A DNA stretch of 64,000 bases. It comes from Torpedo marmorata (Eukaryota). The notes under the pieces are model-generated. The model was given only the letters and a program-made list of their open reading frames with translations. It was not told where the DNA came from and made no database searches. The position numbers were made by a program, and so were the translations under genes. Numbering within the stretch: position 1 is the stretch's first letter; the number at the start of each line of letters is the position of its first letter. The DNA lies in NCBI GenBank assembly GCA_977017645.1, contig OZ360228.1:122822001-122886000 (forward strand). Direction: 5' to 3'. Positions 13,092 through 25,264 of the stretch are shown here, piece after piece.

Positions 13092-13345
13092 GGTCAAGAA
13101 CTAGAGGACACGGGTTAAGAGTGAAAGGTGAAATGTTGAAGGAAACATTCGGGGGAACGAGCTGCCAGCTGGTGGTGAATGCGGGCTCCATTTTGACACT
13201 TAAGAAAAATGTGGATAGGTACATGGATGGGAGGGGTATGGAGGGCTCTGGTCCAGGTGCAGGTCAATGAGACTACGCAGAATAATAGTTCGGCACGGAC
13301 TAGATGGGCCAAAGGGCCTGTTTCTGGGCTCTAGTGTTCTATGGG
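13092..13345 (+). mobile_element. CR1-type LINE 3' fragment
   Basis: TRGHGLRVKGE...KKNVDRYMDGRGMEG; same subfamily as 15335, 21770 and 46428. Confidence 0.8.
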
Positions 13346-15334
13346 TGGGCGACGAGGGGGCCAGGCAGTGTGTTCACACGGCTAGTGGAGCACTTCCTCA
13401 TTTATACGCCCTTTTAAATAAATGGTTTGAGCAGAGTAAGTGGGGATGAGGAGGGGGGAATAACATGCCTGGGCTCAGTTTGTAGAGCATGTTCTTCACT
13501 GCCAAGGCTCCCTAGATTGGAATTCAGTAAGTGCTTATGAAACCGTGTGTAGGGTTGGGGAAAAGAGGGAGTGAGACTATTTGGAGAGGTGCGACAAAGC
13601 TGACAGAGGCGATTCAGGCTGAAGGATCTCCTTCTCGGAGAGAGGGATATCTGACACAGGGAAGGCATACTCATGCTGAACTCTGAAAGGATGAGATGTG
13701 CCTGGATTTTTAACGCAATAGAGTTCAGGGGACAGAGAGAGAGATTGTGTGTGTAGTTGCTCTCATCACTTCTACATTTCAATGAAAGTCAATTTTCTAT
13801 TAGTTAAACCTAATGCTGTGACAGAATCAATTATAATACACAGACATCCAAAAGCTATTTTCAATAATTAGCAAACAAAGCATGGGCTGAGTAAACTAGC
13901 ATTATCTTCCTCGGTGACTGAATATAAACCAGAGACCTCCAACACTTACAGAGGTTAACAGTTAAGACCAGTTAGTCCTCATCAGCTGCATTCTCAACAG
14001 CTCAATTCATGGAAGGCATACATTCTGGTACTGAGAAGGAAAGCAATAGGAAGGTATCCTAATGGAATGGATCTTTGCTTTTCTAAAATAAACTATATTC
14101 ATACAATTATATTCATGAAATACAAAAACATAGGGCTTTCTTTACGTTCATCATGGGGTGCAGTGTTATCGGTTCTGCACATCTGGAGTGTTAGCACATT
14201 CCATGCACAGAGCACCATTGCCTTTCATGTGGCTTCCTTGGACGATGCAGCTCACAGTGTTTTAAGGGCTTCTTCATCAGACTTGACTATTCAACGTCCA
14301 AGGACCTTATACTGCTGTCCTTCCTTCCCCACAAGGTCTCTGAGTTGCCTGCATCAAGCTTCAGTGGATCCCTAAGTTCGTAATTCTGCAACCTGGAATG
14401 TGCCAGATGACCGCATTCCCTTACGGGCATCTTTGCTGTTAACAACTCCCCTTGTTAACACTCTCTTCTTTCATTGTTTCCCCTCCTTGGCTAACACAGA
14501 TTCTGGTCACTCCACTTTTGAACAGAACTGAATTGTCACTGATGAAGTGAAAAGCTTTGTTTTGTGTGCTATCCAGGCAAGTCATCCCATTCTTAAGTCT
14601 AGCTCATAGTGCAATAATAAAACAAGTGTTTTAGTTGCATGTGATCAGTCCAGGTGAGAATTTCTATTGTCCTCTTAACAACCTTCCCAAAAGTAAGTAA
14701 CAGAAATCCCAAATGGGAGTGGGAGATCCTGACTAAAATCTTGTTCTTTTTGCTGATTCAGATTCAGAACAAATTCAGTGTTTTTTTTAAATTTTGCTCA
14801 AGAGCCAGGTAAAAATGTTTGAATTTATATAGCCCCTTTCAAGACTTCAGTAGATCTTCCAGCCAACACCGTAATACTGTTTTTTCTCCATTAACAAACA
14901 TTTAACAAACATTTTTTTTTACCGCAGCACTCTTGATTCTTTCGGGGATGTATCTTTGGTTGACAATCCTCCCGGTGTTTGGGGAAGGACTGTCCATTAC
15001 CTCCAGAACATGTTGCCAGAGAAAACTATAGAAGCGGGCATGGTTTTGATGTTCAAAAGACATTTGGACAGGAAAATGGATCGGAAGAGATTAGAAGGAT
15101 GTGCGCTAAATGCACGTAAATTGGAACTAGCCCAGATGTCCGATTTGGCTGGCATGGATGGGTAAGGCTGAAGGGCCCTATCTCCTATCCTGACTATGAT
15201 AGGAGATAGGGCAACATGAGGAACAGTGTGATTGTGTACTGCTTCCACTACCTTGGCCAGATCTCCAGGGGCAATTGACCCACTCTTCTTCGCAACAGCT
15301 TCATGGAATACTTTTTGCCTCAATGGAAGAGCAA

Positions 15335-15682
15335 TATATAGAACCATAGATGACTACAGCACAGAAATGGGCCCTTCGGCCCATCTACTCTGTGCCGAAC
15401 TATTATTCTGCCTATCCCATTGACCTGCACCCAGACCATACCCCTCCCATCCACGTACCCATCCAAATTTTTCTTAAATGTTAAAATTGAGACCACATTC
15501 ACCACTTCAGCTTGTTCCACACTCCCACCACTCTCTGCGCGAAGAAGTTCCCCCTAATATTCCCTTTAAACATTTCACCTTTCACCCCCAACCCATGTTT
15601 TCTAGTTCTTGTCTCACCCAACTGCAGTGAGAAAAGCCTGCTGGTATTCACTCTATCTATACCCCTCACAATCTTGCAGACA
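15335..15682 (-). mobile_element. CR1-type LINE 3' fragment
   Basis: KIVRGIDRVN...RGNFFAQRVVGVWN; (atagaacc) tail. Confidence 0.85.
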
Positions 15683-16727
15683 ATTTTGCATACTTCTGCT
15701 GGAGTCGCTTTCCCTGGGTGTTGCAAAGGGTTTCCGGCCTTAAGATTACCTGTGGCCGAGGGATTGGAACCCGCGAATCAGCGGCGAGGGGGCTGTCAGA
15801 CCGAGGCGCGGCTCACGTCACCCTGAGCGAGGATTTCCCAAAGGGGAGGGTGGATTTTGTTCGGGAAGGAAGCGGTCCGACTCGGAGCACAGGTTGCAGG
15901 CACAGCCCGGTGACGGCCTTTGCAACTGTGCTCAGCTCCTGGATCAGAGCACGTTATGCGTGCAAGCCCCTGGTCTCCGGAGCTGCTGCTGCTGGCTCGA
16001 TATTAGCCCTGTCCACCCTGCCCATCCGCAACGCACAGGACCTGTAAGGGGGTCCCAGGGGTGGTATTCTATCCATTTAATGAGCAGCCGCATCCTTCAC
16101 CTTGGATTTTACCTACTCTTCCTGGCTTTAAATTAATCAATTAATCAGAGACAGCTGTTCAATTAGACTTCTAAAAATTTACAGGAGATCTCTACAGCCA
16201 TTTCCATATGGTGTCTGATGAGGGGAACTTTAATGACCTGCTCACTGCTGCTCGACTCAATGAAGAGTGCCATTAATGTTTTTTCATTAAGGCTGTCCCA
16301 GTACATTGTGTTAATATGATAGCCTAATTCTTTATCTTTTACTGACAGGAGTTAACCCTCGCCACCCCTAAGTCACACAGAATGACAGTCAGATGACGAA
16401 ACTGTCTGCTCAAGCAAGCGACTTTCTCCTCCGCCTCTCCCCCCCCCCCCCCCCCCCACCGTCCCCCAACTCTGCAAAAGGCATATACACTGTGTAAGTG
16501 TCAAAATGCAGCACCAGGAACATTTATTTTGTTGGCCTGGTAATTTCTCGCCGATTGAAGCTTGGCCAAAAGAAAGAAGTCAAAAAAAAATATTGCGAGG
16601 CAGTGGGGTGATCTGCTGAACACACCGTCTATTGTTTAATCCCACTGTAGCCAAAAGAATGAATGGTTGGCCACTGAGTGTAATGGGTGACTGGTTCAAA
16701 AATCACCCACTTTATCTTGTCCTAAGG

Positions 16728-16869
16728 CAGTGGTTCTCAACCTTTTTTTCCCCACTCACATACCACCTTACGTAATCCCTTACTAACCACAGAGCACCTA
16801 TGGCGTAGGTGGATAGTAAAAGATTACTTAAGGTGGTATGTGAGTGGGAAAAAAGGTTGAGAACCACTG
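16728..16869. mobile_element. hAT-Charlie-type MITE, 142 bp, near-perfect palindrome
   Basis: TIRs CAGTGGTTCTCAACC...GGTTGAGAACCACTG; perfect 8-bp TSD TCCTAAGG at 16720-16727 and 16870-16877. Confidence 0.92.
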
Positions 16870-17624
16870 TCCTAAGGCAATGCTGCTATTTGACCGATGC
16901 AATGCCAAAGACTACTCACCACTCCTGACATCGATACACGTCTGACATGCTGCAGGACCCAAGCAGGTCGAACCGACTCTGGGTGTCCAGCACATTGCGT
17001 TTTGCTCCAGATTCCAGCATCTGCAGTCTCTCATGTGTCTCCAACTCACACACAGTCTTTGCATTAGAAGTGTTCAAGGGGTGAGCCTACAATGTAAACT
17101 GAAATCCCAAAACGAACAAAGTTTTGATATCCTCTTGCTGACCCCTGGTTCGCACTCTCGTGGCCTCCAGCCAGCATCTTCACAAAGATGCCTTTATACA
17201 TTTCCAACCAAGTTCATTCACAAGCCTTCAGCGCAATGTCCACAGCAGATCGGTACAGTTCAGCTACCCCTATGGAGAAGAACAATGCCTTGCATTGTGA
17301 ACCTCTTGTCACTTAAGAAGCATTCCCTTGGCATCGAGCCACGGGAACTGGAAGAGACCATTCAGGCAATCAATCTCACAGTGATTTTCACTGAATTTGA
17401 CACTTTCACCTCCCCCTCCCCATTTTCCATCATACCCCTTCTCTCTGCTTTACAAGAAAGACATCTTGCTTGGTTCTTAACTAATGATTTGTTTAAATAT
17501 CTTCCCCCCCCCCCCCATGTAACTCATATCCTTTGTCCATTGTTCTTTTGACAATCACCTCGCAATTACTCCTCATTTTTACATTTTGGATTTCCCGTTT
17601 TTAACTAAGATGAAACTAAAGATT

Positions 17625-17759
17625 NNNNNNNNNNNNNNNNNNNNNNNNNNNNNNNNNNNNNNNNNNNNNNNNNNNNNNNNNNNNNNNNNNNNNNNNNNNN
17701 NNNNNNNNNNNNNNNNNNNNNNNNNNNNNNNNNNNNNNNNNNNNNNNNNNNNNNNNNNN
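17625..17759. other. Assembly gap
   Basis: Run of N. Confidence 0.99.
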
Positions 17760-17775
17760 GGCAAGTAAATCTGGA

Positions 17776-18130
17776 TGTTCAAGAAGATTCAAGATTATTT
17801 TATTGTCATAGAAAAAAAACAGTATTACACAGACAAAGATTTGCTATCAGCAGAAATTGTCTGGCGCCCCATGCAGTCAGAGGAAGAGAACCAAAAGAGA
17901 ATCGCTTCAGAGTCACTGAGTGTCCGTGGATTCGTCTCCAGCACTCCTGCAGCCTCTGCAGTCGCACAGTCCAAATCATTGGCACCCTAAGCTCCAGATC
18001 CAAACCTCGACACCTGATACCCCTTCAGCCAGTTTCGAGCCAGTTTCCAGCAGTCCACAGCCTGGAGCACGTCCCTTGACCGTAGTTGCCAGCAGCTCAC
18101 AGCCTGCGTGGATTCCTCACCTCGGGTCAA
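17776..18130 (-). mobile_element. Non-coding retroposon family with AATAAA-(TTGAATC)n tail
   Basis: Homologous to copies at 21815, 25265, 44123, 46953 and 61256; share a 3' end with variable 5' truncation. Confidence 0.7.
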
Positions 18131-18904
18131 CAACAGCCCACCACCTGGTACCTTATTACCACCTTTTCAAATTTGGCTTTTAAATCCACAAGGTATAAGT
18201 GGGTCCTGGACAAGACAAAGCAATCATAATGTCTGAAACCCCTTAAGGCCAAGTGAAACCAGGAGAACTTTTCAAGGCCAGAGAGAAGAGCAATCTCATC
18301 TCGCTCAGTGATACGCCACATGGGCCAATGCAAAATGACTTGTCGTCAACCCTGATACAACTTGCTTATTCTTATTTTGGCTCAGAAGGGTGACATTTCA
18401 TGGTGTTATCAGAGTTGAGGCCCAGTGGAGTGTGTAAAGTGCGGAAGGCAACTGTGCAAGAGGATCATTTAAACCATCCGAGAGAGCCATTAACACCGAG
18501 CAGTGATGTTAATTCAGCCAACCCAACCACTGGACTCAACTCTTCCTGAAAACCAGCTCCCCCGATGATGCTGTGATAAAAAAGATCAACTGGGTATGAT
18601 TCTGAAGCGGAACCTTTCCTTAATGTACCTGTCAATAGTAAATGCATCACCCTTTGAAGCTGTTACCTTGTAGAGTAATCTCTTTCACTCATGAATGAGT
18701 TTGAGTGCAAGGACTTTATGTTTTGCATTAATTCAAATGGAGTGGGAGAAAAGCAGTAAGAAATTAAAGATGGGTTTAATGGCTGACAGATTTTGAATTT
18801 TAGCCCTCTGAGAGCTTCTAATCAAAAAAGCTGTGCAGTGAATCCACAGGAAACTGCAAAGTATTTCGATCAGGTGTGACTTTGAAGGGAACTTTAGCTG
18901 GTGT

Positions 18905-20377
18905 TGTTCCAAAAGTCTCCTTTCCCGGTCGTGGGAGAGTCTAGGACCAGAGGGCATTGCCTCAGAATAAAAGGACATCCCTTCAGAACAGAGATGAGGA
19001 GAGAATTCTTCAGCCGGAGGGTGGTGAACCTGTGGAATTCGTTGCCGCAGACGGCTGTGGAGGCCAAGTCACCGGGTAAATTTAAAGCAAGCGATGATAG
19101 GTCCTTGAGTTAGTAAGGGTGTCAAAGGTTCCAGGGAACATGACCATGTTGAATGTAAAAAGGTTCCCTCTTCTTCACCACATCTAAAACATCTGTTTGA
19201 TATCGCGGAGTTTCAATTTTTGTGGTGTGAAATATAATTGATGTAAAAAGTTGTATTGTACCAGTCTATATCTTACATTAACAGTGTTGGTCATACTATC
19301 TAAACATAGATTCGACCATCTTTTTTCGTCAATTATAACATTAAGATCTTGTTCCCATCTTTGTCTAGATTTATGAAGCCCTCGTTTTAAAGCTCCCCTC
19401 TGCAACAAAGAATACACCATAGAAGTAAACTTCTTAATATTTCCTTTCCTAATGAGAGTTTCTACCTCACTACAATCTTGTAACAAAAATTGAATAAGAT
19501 AAACTCCGCGATATCAAACAGATGTTTCAGGTGTGGTGAAGAAGAGGGAACCTTTTTACATTCAACATGGTCATGTTCAAAAGTTAAAGGTTTTTGGGCA
19601 GAGTTAGGAAACCGGTTAAAACAAATTACAGGTGTTACATTCCCTCAGAATCCTGACTTATTTTTATTGGGAAACGTAGAAGGAACTAGACCAAAATTGA
19701 AATTATCTATATGGCAATTAAAATTGCATTAGCAGTAGCAAGGAAATGTATAGCAGTAACTTGGAAATCGGATACAAATTTAAGTATGGATAGATGGAAT
19801 TCAGAGATGCAGAGTTGTATTCGATTGGAAAGAATAACGTACAACATGAGGAATAAATATGGGCTATTTTTGCAAATTTGGCGTCCATTTATCCAATTAT
19901 TAGGAATGAATATTTAAATGTGTTGCCCTACATCCCAGACCCTGCTGACTCTCTTAAATTTAAATTTAAAGAATGAGCACTGTTGAACTTATTGCACCGA
20001 GCCGTGGACCTGTACAGATATTTTTTCTTCCTCTCTCTCTTCTTTCTTATTCTTAGTGAGGGGAGGGGATAAGGGATGGGAAGGGTGGAGGGTGGGTTGT
20101 TTTAGTAAGGGTGGGTTTAGATGGGGTTAGAACCACGGTAATACGAAATCTGTATGTATTGAATTTATTATTGTTCACTTTGTACTTTGTATTATTTTGT
20201 ATTATTGTGAAAATTTGAAAATTTAAAATAAAATATTTTAAAAAAAAAGGTTCCAGGGAGAGTGCAAGAAAATAGGATTGAGAGAAAAGAAAATATATCA
20301 ACCGGGATTCGAATGGCAGAGCAGACTTGAAGGGCTAAATAGTCTAATTCTGCTGCCACACCTTTATAGTCTCATGG
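18905..20377 (+). mobile_element. CR1-type 3' fragment split by an L1 insertion
   Basis: SRTRGHCLRIKG...FFSRRVVNLWNSLPQ; resumes after 20259. Confidence 0.8.
19138..20245 (+). mobile_element. L1-clade LINE, 5'-truncated with inverted 5' segment
   Basis: CCHC-like region RCFRCGEEEGTFLHSTWSC on plus, AATAAA and poly(A). The preceding ORF2 part (RYRLVQYNFLHQLYFTPQKL) lies on minus at 19138-19482. 14-bp TSD AAAGGTTCCAGGGA at 19124-19137 and 20246-20259. Confidence 0.9.
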
Positions 20378-20929
20378 TCTCTCCCTGTCCCAGCCATTTT
20401 CTCTTATCCTGTCTTTTTAATCCAACATCCTGAATGAAAAACTTCTCCGACTGATGAAGCATTACAGGTGAAGAGGGCTCATAAGCATTTCTTCAACACT
20501 GAGACCTAAAGAGTAAGCTCCTTCATTGTCTATCAGCCATGGGAAGATTCCACAGTTCTCCGACAGTCCTGTGGAGGGCTGATTAAGCAGGTTTAAGTGA
20601 ATTTCATTGAAAGTGATCTCTCACACTCCAACTCATTAGTGACTGTTAGAGGTTACACCACAAGGAAACAGCTTCAAAGGATGATGTATATAGTTTCCAA
20701 TGCATCTCATCAGGTGAGTTAGACAAGATTACACTGGAAAATCACTGAAGGACCAAGCATGCCCCGGCTTTTTCCTGTTGTCTATTTATCATAGTATAGG
20801 AGGTCATTTGGTCCATTACACGTGCTGGCTCTCAGAGCAATCCCATTTCTATATTTACCTCCTGTAACCATCTTGTTCCTGCACTTACGGTAAGTTACAG
20901 TGGCCAATTAATCAACCAGCAAAAAAAAA

Positions 20930-21640
20930 AAAACACTAAACTGCTGGAGGAACTCAGCGGGTCGAGCAGCACCTGAGGGAGGGAGAGGAATTTCAACGTT
21001 TTAGTTTGAGACCTTGCGTCAGGACTGAGAGCGGAGAGGACAGGTAGTCAGTGGAGCAGTGGAGTGGAGAGGGGGAGGGCTGAGACGGGGCCCAGTAGGT
21101 GATAGGTGAGCTGAGGAGTGAAGGATGACGGGCAGATGGAGTGAGGCAGGGGAGCAAAAGGGGTGGCATTGGGAGGCAAGAGGCAGGAGGGTGATAGGCG
21201 GCTGCTGCCTCCTCCTTTGCCCTCCCTTCCCCCATTCACCAATCACCCATCTGACTCTGCCTCCCATTCCACCCCTCCTGCTTCCCCAACTTGCTCCATC
21301 TGCCCGTTGCCCTTCCTCGATCCACCTATCACCTACTGGCCGCGGTTTTACTCCACCCCTTCATCTCAAATATACTGGCTATCTTCCGTCCAGCAGGGGA
21401 CACAAGAGAAGCTGCAGGTGCCGCAATCTGGAGCAAAAAAACAACCCTCCCCTACTGGCTATCCCTCCTCTGCACTCTCAGTCTTGACGAAGGGTACCAA
21501 CCCGAAATGTCGACCATACTTTTTCTCCCACTGATGCTGCTCGACCCCGAGTTCCTCCGGCAGATGGTTTGTTGCTCAAGTTTCCCCAGTGGTCTGCTTT
21601 CTGCTCCAGATTCTGGCATCTGCAGTCTCTTTTGTCTTCG
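20930..21640. mobile_element. Penelope-derived inverted pLTR structure
   Basis: ctgctggaggaactcagc left arm and gagttcctccggcag right arm; purine-rich/pyrimidine-rich mirror halves; hammerhead-like motifs at ~20995-21025 (-) and 21481-21514 (+). Confidence 0.7.
21481..21514 (+). ncRNA. Minimal hammerhead ribozyme-like motif
   Basis: GUC-UUGACGA-A-GGGU(ACCA)ACCC-GAAAU-GUC-GAC; stems I and II covary relative to the other copies. Confidence 0.55.
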
Positions 21641-21769
21641 ATTAGTCTATCTTTGGGAGAAAATTGGGGCTACTGATATACAGAGGAAAACCATTAAAAT
21701 TCACACAACACACCTGGGAAACAGGGTTCAAGGTTCCTCAGATATAAAAAGGAGAGTCCAAACAAAGGT

Positions 21770-22793
21770 GTTGCACTTTGGAGGACTAACCAAGGTAGGA
21801 CATATGCGGTAAACAGGAAGGCACAGAGGGTTCCTGACCGTGTCGGAGGTTCGGATCTGGAGCTCGGGTTGCCGATGGTTTGGACTGGACTCTGGGTGGC
21901 TGCGGAGGCTGCGGAAGCGCTGGAGGCGAATCTACAGACACTCGGTGACTCTGGGGGGACTCTCTTTTGCTTCTCTTTCTCTGACTGTAAGGAATGTAGG
22001 AGGCGCTTAGGCAATTTCTGCCGGTGGCGAATTTGTCTGCTTTGCAGCAGGCAAAAAGAAATCTCATGTAATATGACACTGTTTTATTATTATGACAATA
22101 AATTGAATCTTGAATCTAAAATAGAGGGATCTGGGAATACAAATACATAATTCCGTGAAAGTGGTGTCACAGGATTATAGAGAGAGAGCTTATGGCACAT
22201 TGGCCTTCATAAATCAAAGTATTGAGTATTGGAGTTGGGGTGTTATGGTGAAGTTGTATAAGACTTTGATGAGGCCATATTTGGAGTATTGTGTGCAGTT
22301 TTGGTCATGTAACTACAGGAAACATCAATAAGCTTAAAAGAGTGCAAAAAAAAATTACAAGGATGTTGCATGGACTTGAGGAGCTGAGTTACAGGGAAAG
22401 GTTTAACAGGACTTTACTCCCTGGAGCGTCAGAGAATAAGGGGAGATTTGATAAAGGCACACAAAATTATGAGGGGGACGGAGTAAATGCAAGCAGGCTT
22501 TTTCTACTGAGGTTAGGTGAGAGAAATTCTAGAGGACGTGGGTTAAGGGTGAAAGATGAAATGGAACATTAGGGGGAACTTCTTCATGCAGAGAGTGGTG
22601 TGAGTGTGGAACGAGATGCCACCTGAAGTTGTGAATGCGGGCATGATTCTGACATTTAAGAAAATGTGGATGGGTACATGGATGGGAGGGGTATGGTCCA
22701 AGTGCAGATCAATGTGACCGTGCAGAATAACAGTTCGGCACAGACAAGATGGGCTGAGGGCCTGCTTCTGTGCTGTAGTGTTCTGTGATTCTA
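21770..22793 (+). mobile_element. CR1-type fragment interrupted at ~21815-22117 by the (TTGAATC)n-tailed retroposon
   Basis: LHFG..., gagtattgtgtgcagttttggtc, LEELSYRERFNR and CR1 tail. Confidence 0.8.
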
Positions 22794-23718
22794 CGGTCAG
22801 GAACCCCAGTTCTTGGAGCTGTGCAGGAGCTGCCCATCACCGATGCATTTATCTAAATAAAATCAAATGTCCATTTACCAAGGCTTCCACCCAAATCCTA
22901 GAAATTTAATAATATTTTGACCTTTTTAATCATTCTTGGGCATCGCTGGAAAGCATTTATTGCCCATCACCAACTACTCTTGAGAGCTAACCTGAATCTC
23001 CATTTTGAATTGCTTGTAATATTTTGATGGCAACTAAGCAGCACGGATGCCTACATGGCATGTTTAAATCAGCCAGGGTTTTAGAGCTGCATATAAAATC
23101 AGCCTGGAAAAGTACAGCAGCTTATTCCCCCCCAAGGAAAGTACAATAGTTTCATCATCCCTACAACTGACACGAGCTTTATTCCAGATTTATTTAATTA
23201 ACCAAACTTAAATTCCCCAGGTGCTGTGGGGAGATCTGAATTCATACCTTCAGATCATTAGACCAGGTCTCTGGATTACGACTGCAGCATTTTAACAAGG
23301 ATTCTGCTCTACCTATTCTGACGGGCTTCCTGGAGGGAGGTTTAAATCATAATGACAATGGGTTTATTGTCATATGCACAAGTACAATGAGCGCGTGCAC
23401 TGAAATTTTTACTTGCCACAGCTAAACAGTTGCAATACACACAAATGTGCTGGAGAAACTCAGCAGGTCACGTAGCATCCATAGGATTTAAAACGATTGT
23501 GGTGCTGGGATAGCTTATGATTAGGGTAGTACGGGGAGGTTCAAGAGCCTGACAGCCATTGGATATAAAACTGTTCTTGAACCAAGAGGTGCTGACTTTC
23601 AGGTTCTGTACCTTCTCCCTGAAAGTAACAGGGAGAAGACCTCATGAAGGGGGCATTGTTTTGGTTTTGGTGAGGTTTTAACTTTTGGCATCTCCCTCTC
23701 TTTATGAAAGGTGTCAAC

Positions 23719-23959
23719 TCAAAAAAAAAAGGAAAAAAATCCCGAAGTATCACACGGGAGAGCCGGTTTACGTCACATCTGATTATAAAGCCCTCCAGCT
23801 TTGAATGGAAATCACAGGGTAAACTCACAAAAACACCACTGGGAAATAGGGTGAAAAAAAAGCTCTCGGATTTAAAATGGGAAATTGCCTGTTCCGTGAT
23901 GCAGTGACCCAACTATCGTGTTTAAGCACGTTTCTTTAAGGCCGAGCAGATCTCCTGCT
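23719..23959 (+). repeat. ~240 bp local direct duplication, copy 1
   Basis: Nearly identical to 24405-24644. Confidence 0.95.
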
Positions 23960-24070
23960 CAAGGGCTCCACTACAAGCCAATGGTATTCAACTAATAGAA
24001 TTAAAACTGCAAAGCCCCTTCTCGTGAATCCAAGCAAAGACCGATTCAATCTTGGGGCAGGTCTATGAAA

Positions 24071-24303
24071 TAAAAACACAATGCTGGAGAAACTCAGCAG
24101 GTCAAACAGTCTACTTTATATAGCAAAGATAAAGATACATAACCAACGTTTCGGGCTTGGGCCCTTCATCAAGGGTTCAAACCTGAAACATTGGTAATGT
24201 ATCTTTATCTTTGCTATCTAAAGTACACTGTTTGACCTGCTGAGTTTCTCCAGCATTGTGTTTTTACTTCAACCACGGTGTCTGCAGACCTTCGTGTTTT
24301 ACT
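24071..24303. mobile_element. Penelope-derived fold-back insertion, 233 bp
   Basis: ~95 bp inverted arms meeting at the hammerhead motif; perfect 14-bp TSD GCAGGTCTATGAAA at 24057-24070 and 24304-24317. Confidence 0.88.
24142..24175 (-). ncRNA. Minimal hammerhead ribozyme-like motif, sense to BCL11B pre-mRNA
   Basis: CC-UUGAUGA-A-GGGC(CCAA)GCCC-GAAAC-GUU-GG on minus. Confidence 0.5.
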
Positions 24304-24404
24304 GCAGGTCTATGAAACATACAGTGAAGAAACGAAATTCTGAGGAATGCATACAAAGGCATGTTGAGTGCCTTCAGTGTCTCTGCAACAGATCGCTGCA
24401 GCAG

Positions 24405-24644
24405 TCAAAAACAAAAAGGAAGAAAATCCCGAAGTATCACACGGGAGAGCTGGTTTACGTCACATCTGATTATAAAGCCCTCCAGCTTTGAATGGAAATC
24501 ACAGGTAAACTCACAAAAACACCACTGGGAAATAGGGTGAAAAAAAGATCTCGGATTTAAAATGGGAAATTGCCTGTTCCGTGATGCAATTACCCAACTA
24601 TCGTGTTTAAGCAAGTTTCTTTAAGGTCGAGCAGATCTCCCGCT
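24405..24644 (+). repeat. ~240 bp local direct duplication, copy 2
   Basis: Nearly identical to 23719-23959; continues into unique AT-rich sequence. Confidence 0.95.
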
Positions 24645-25264
24645 TATTGCGAGGAATAAATATGTGTGATTTTTTTTTAAAAAGTAAAATAATAACTGAT
24701 ATCCCAGAACGTGCTGTGTTTAGCTCGGCAATGCGTGGTTATCAGCTGATGAGATTTAATAAAAATCAATCTCAGAATGGCTAATTGAAAACCTCAGATT
24801 GTTAACAGTTATGTTTTCCATTAGCCCCTTTTGTTGTAAATCGACACAAACCTCCAGACTAATCCCCCGAGTCAATGTACAGACAGTATTTTAGTTTTAA
24901 TGGAGCTATGCAGAGCATACATTTAGCAACTAAGTGGTAATTGACATTACACAGACACAGTCTCATAGCCACATTATATAGGTTAGCAAATACAGAGGGG
25001 AGTTATTAATGGGGCAGAGCAAACAAATGATAATATATGTATGTAGTGCTGAATGATGTGATGTTAAGAGTGTTGGGTCTTGTGGGATTTATAAAACAGG
25101 GAAAAATGGCAACTGAGCACAAGTAAATTTGTCTCATTTGTCTATTAAATTAAAGGTCAGCGTTCTGACCTGAAATGCAATAAAAGGTTGCAACTTCAGA
25201 GTGGGACTGAGTTGGTGCCTCTTCTGTCCAACTTCTTGCCGGCACCCAGCCTTTCTCGCTGGTC

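Noticed and set aside
12387-13097. 236-aa ORF with unique N-terminus fused to CR1 ORF2
   Set aside because: Chance read-through from flank into a truncated LINE; non-ATG start and premature stop.
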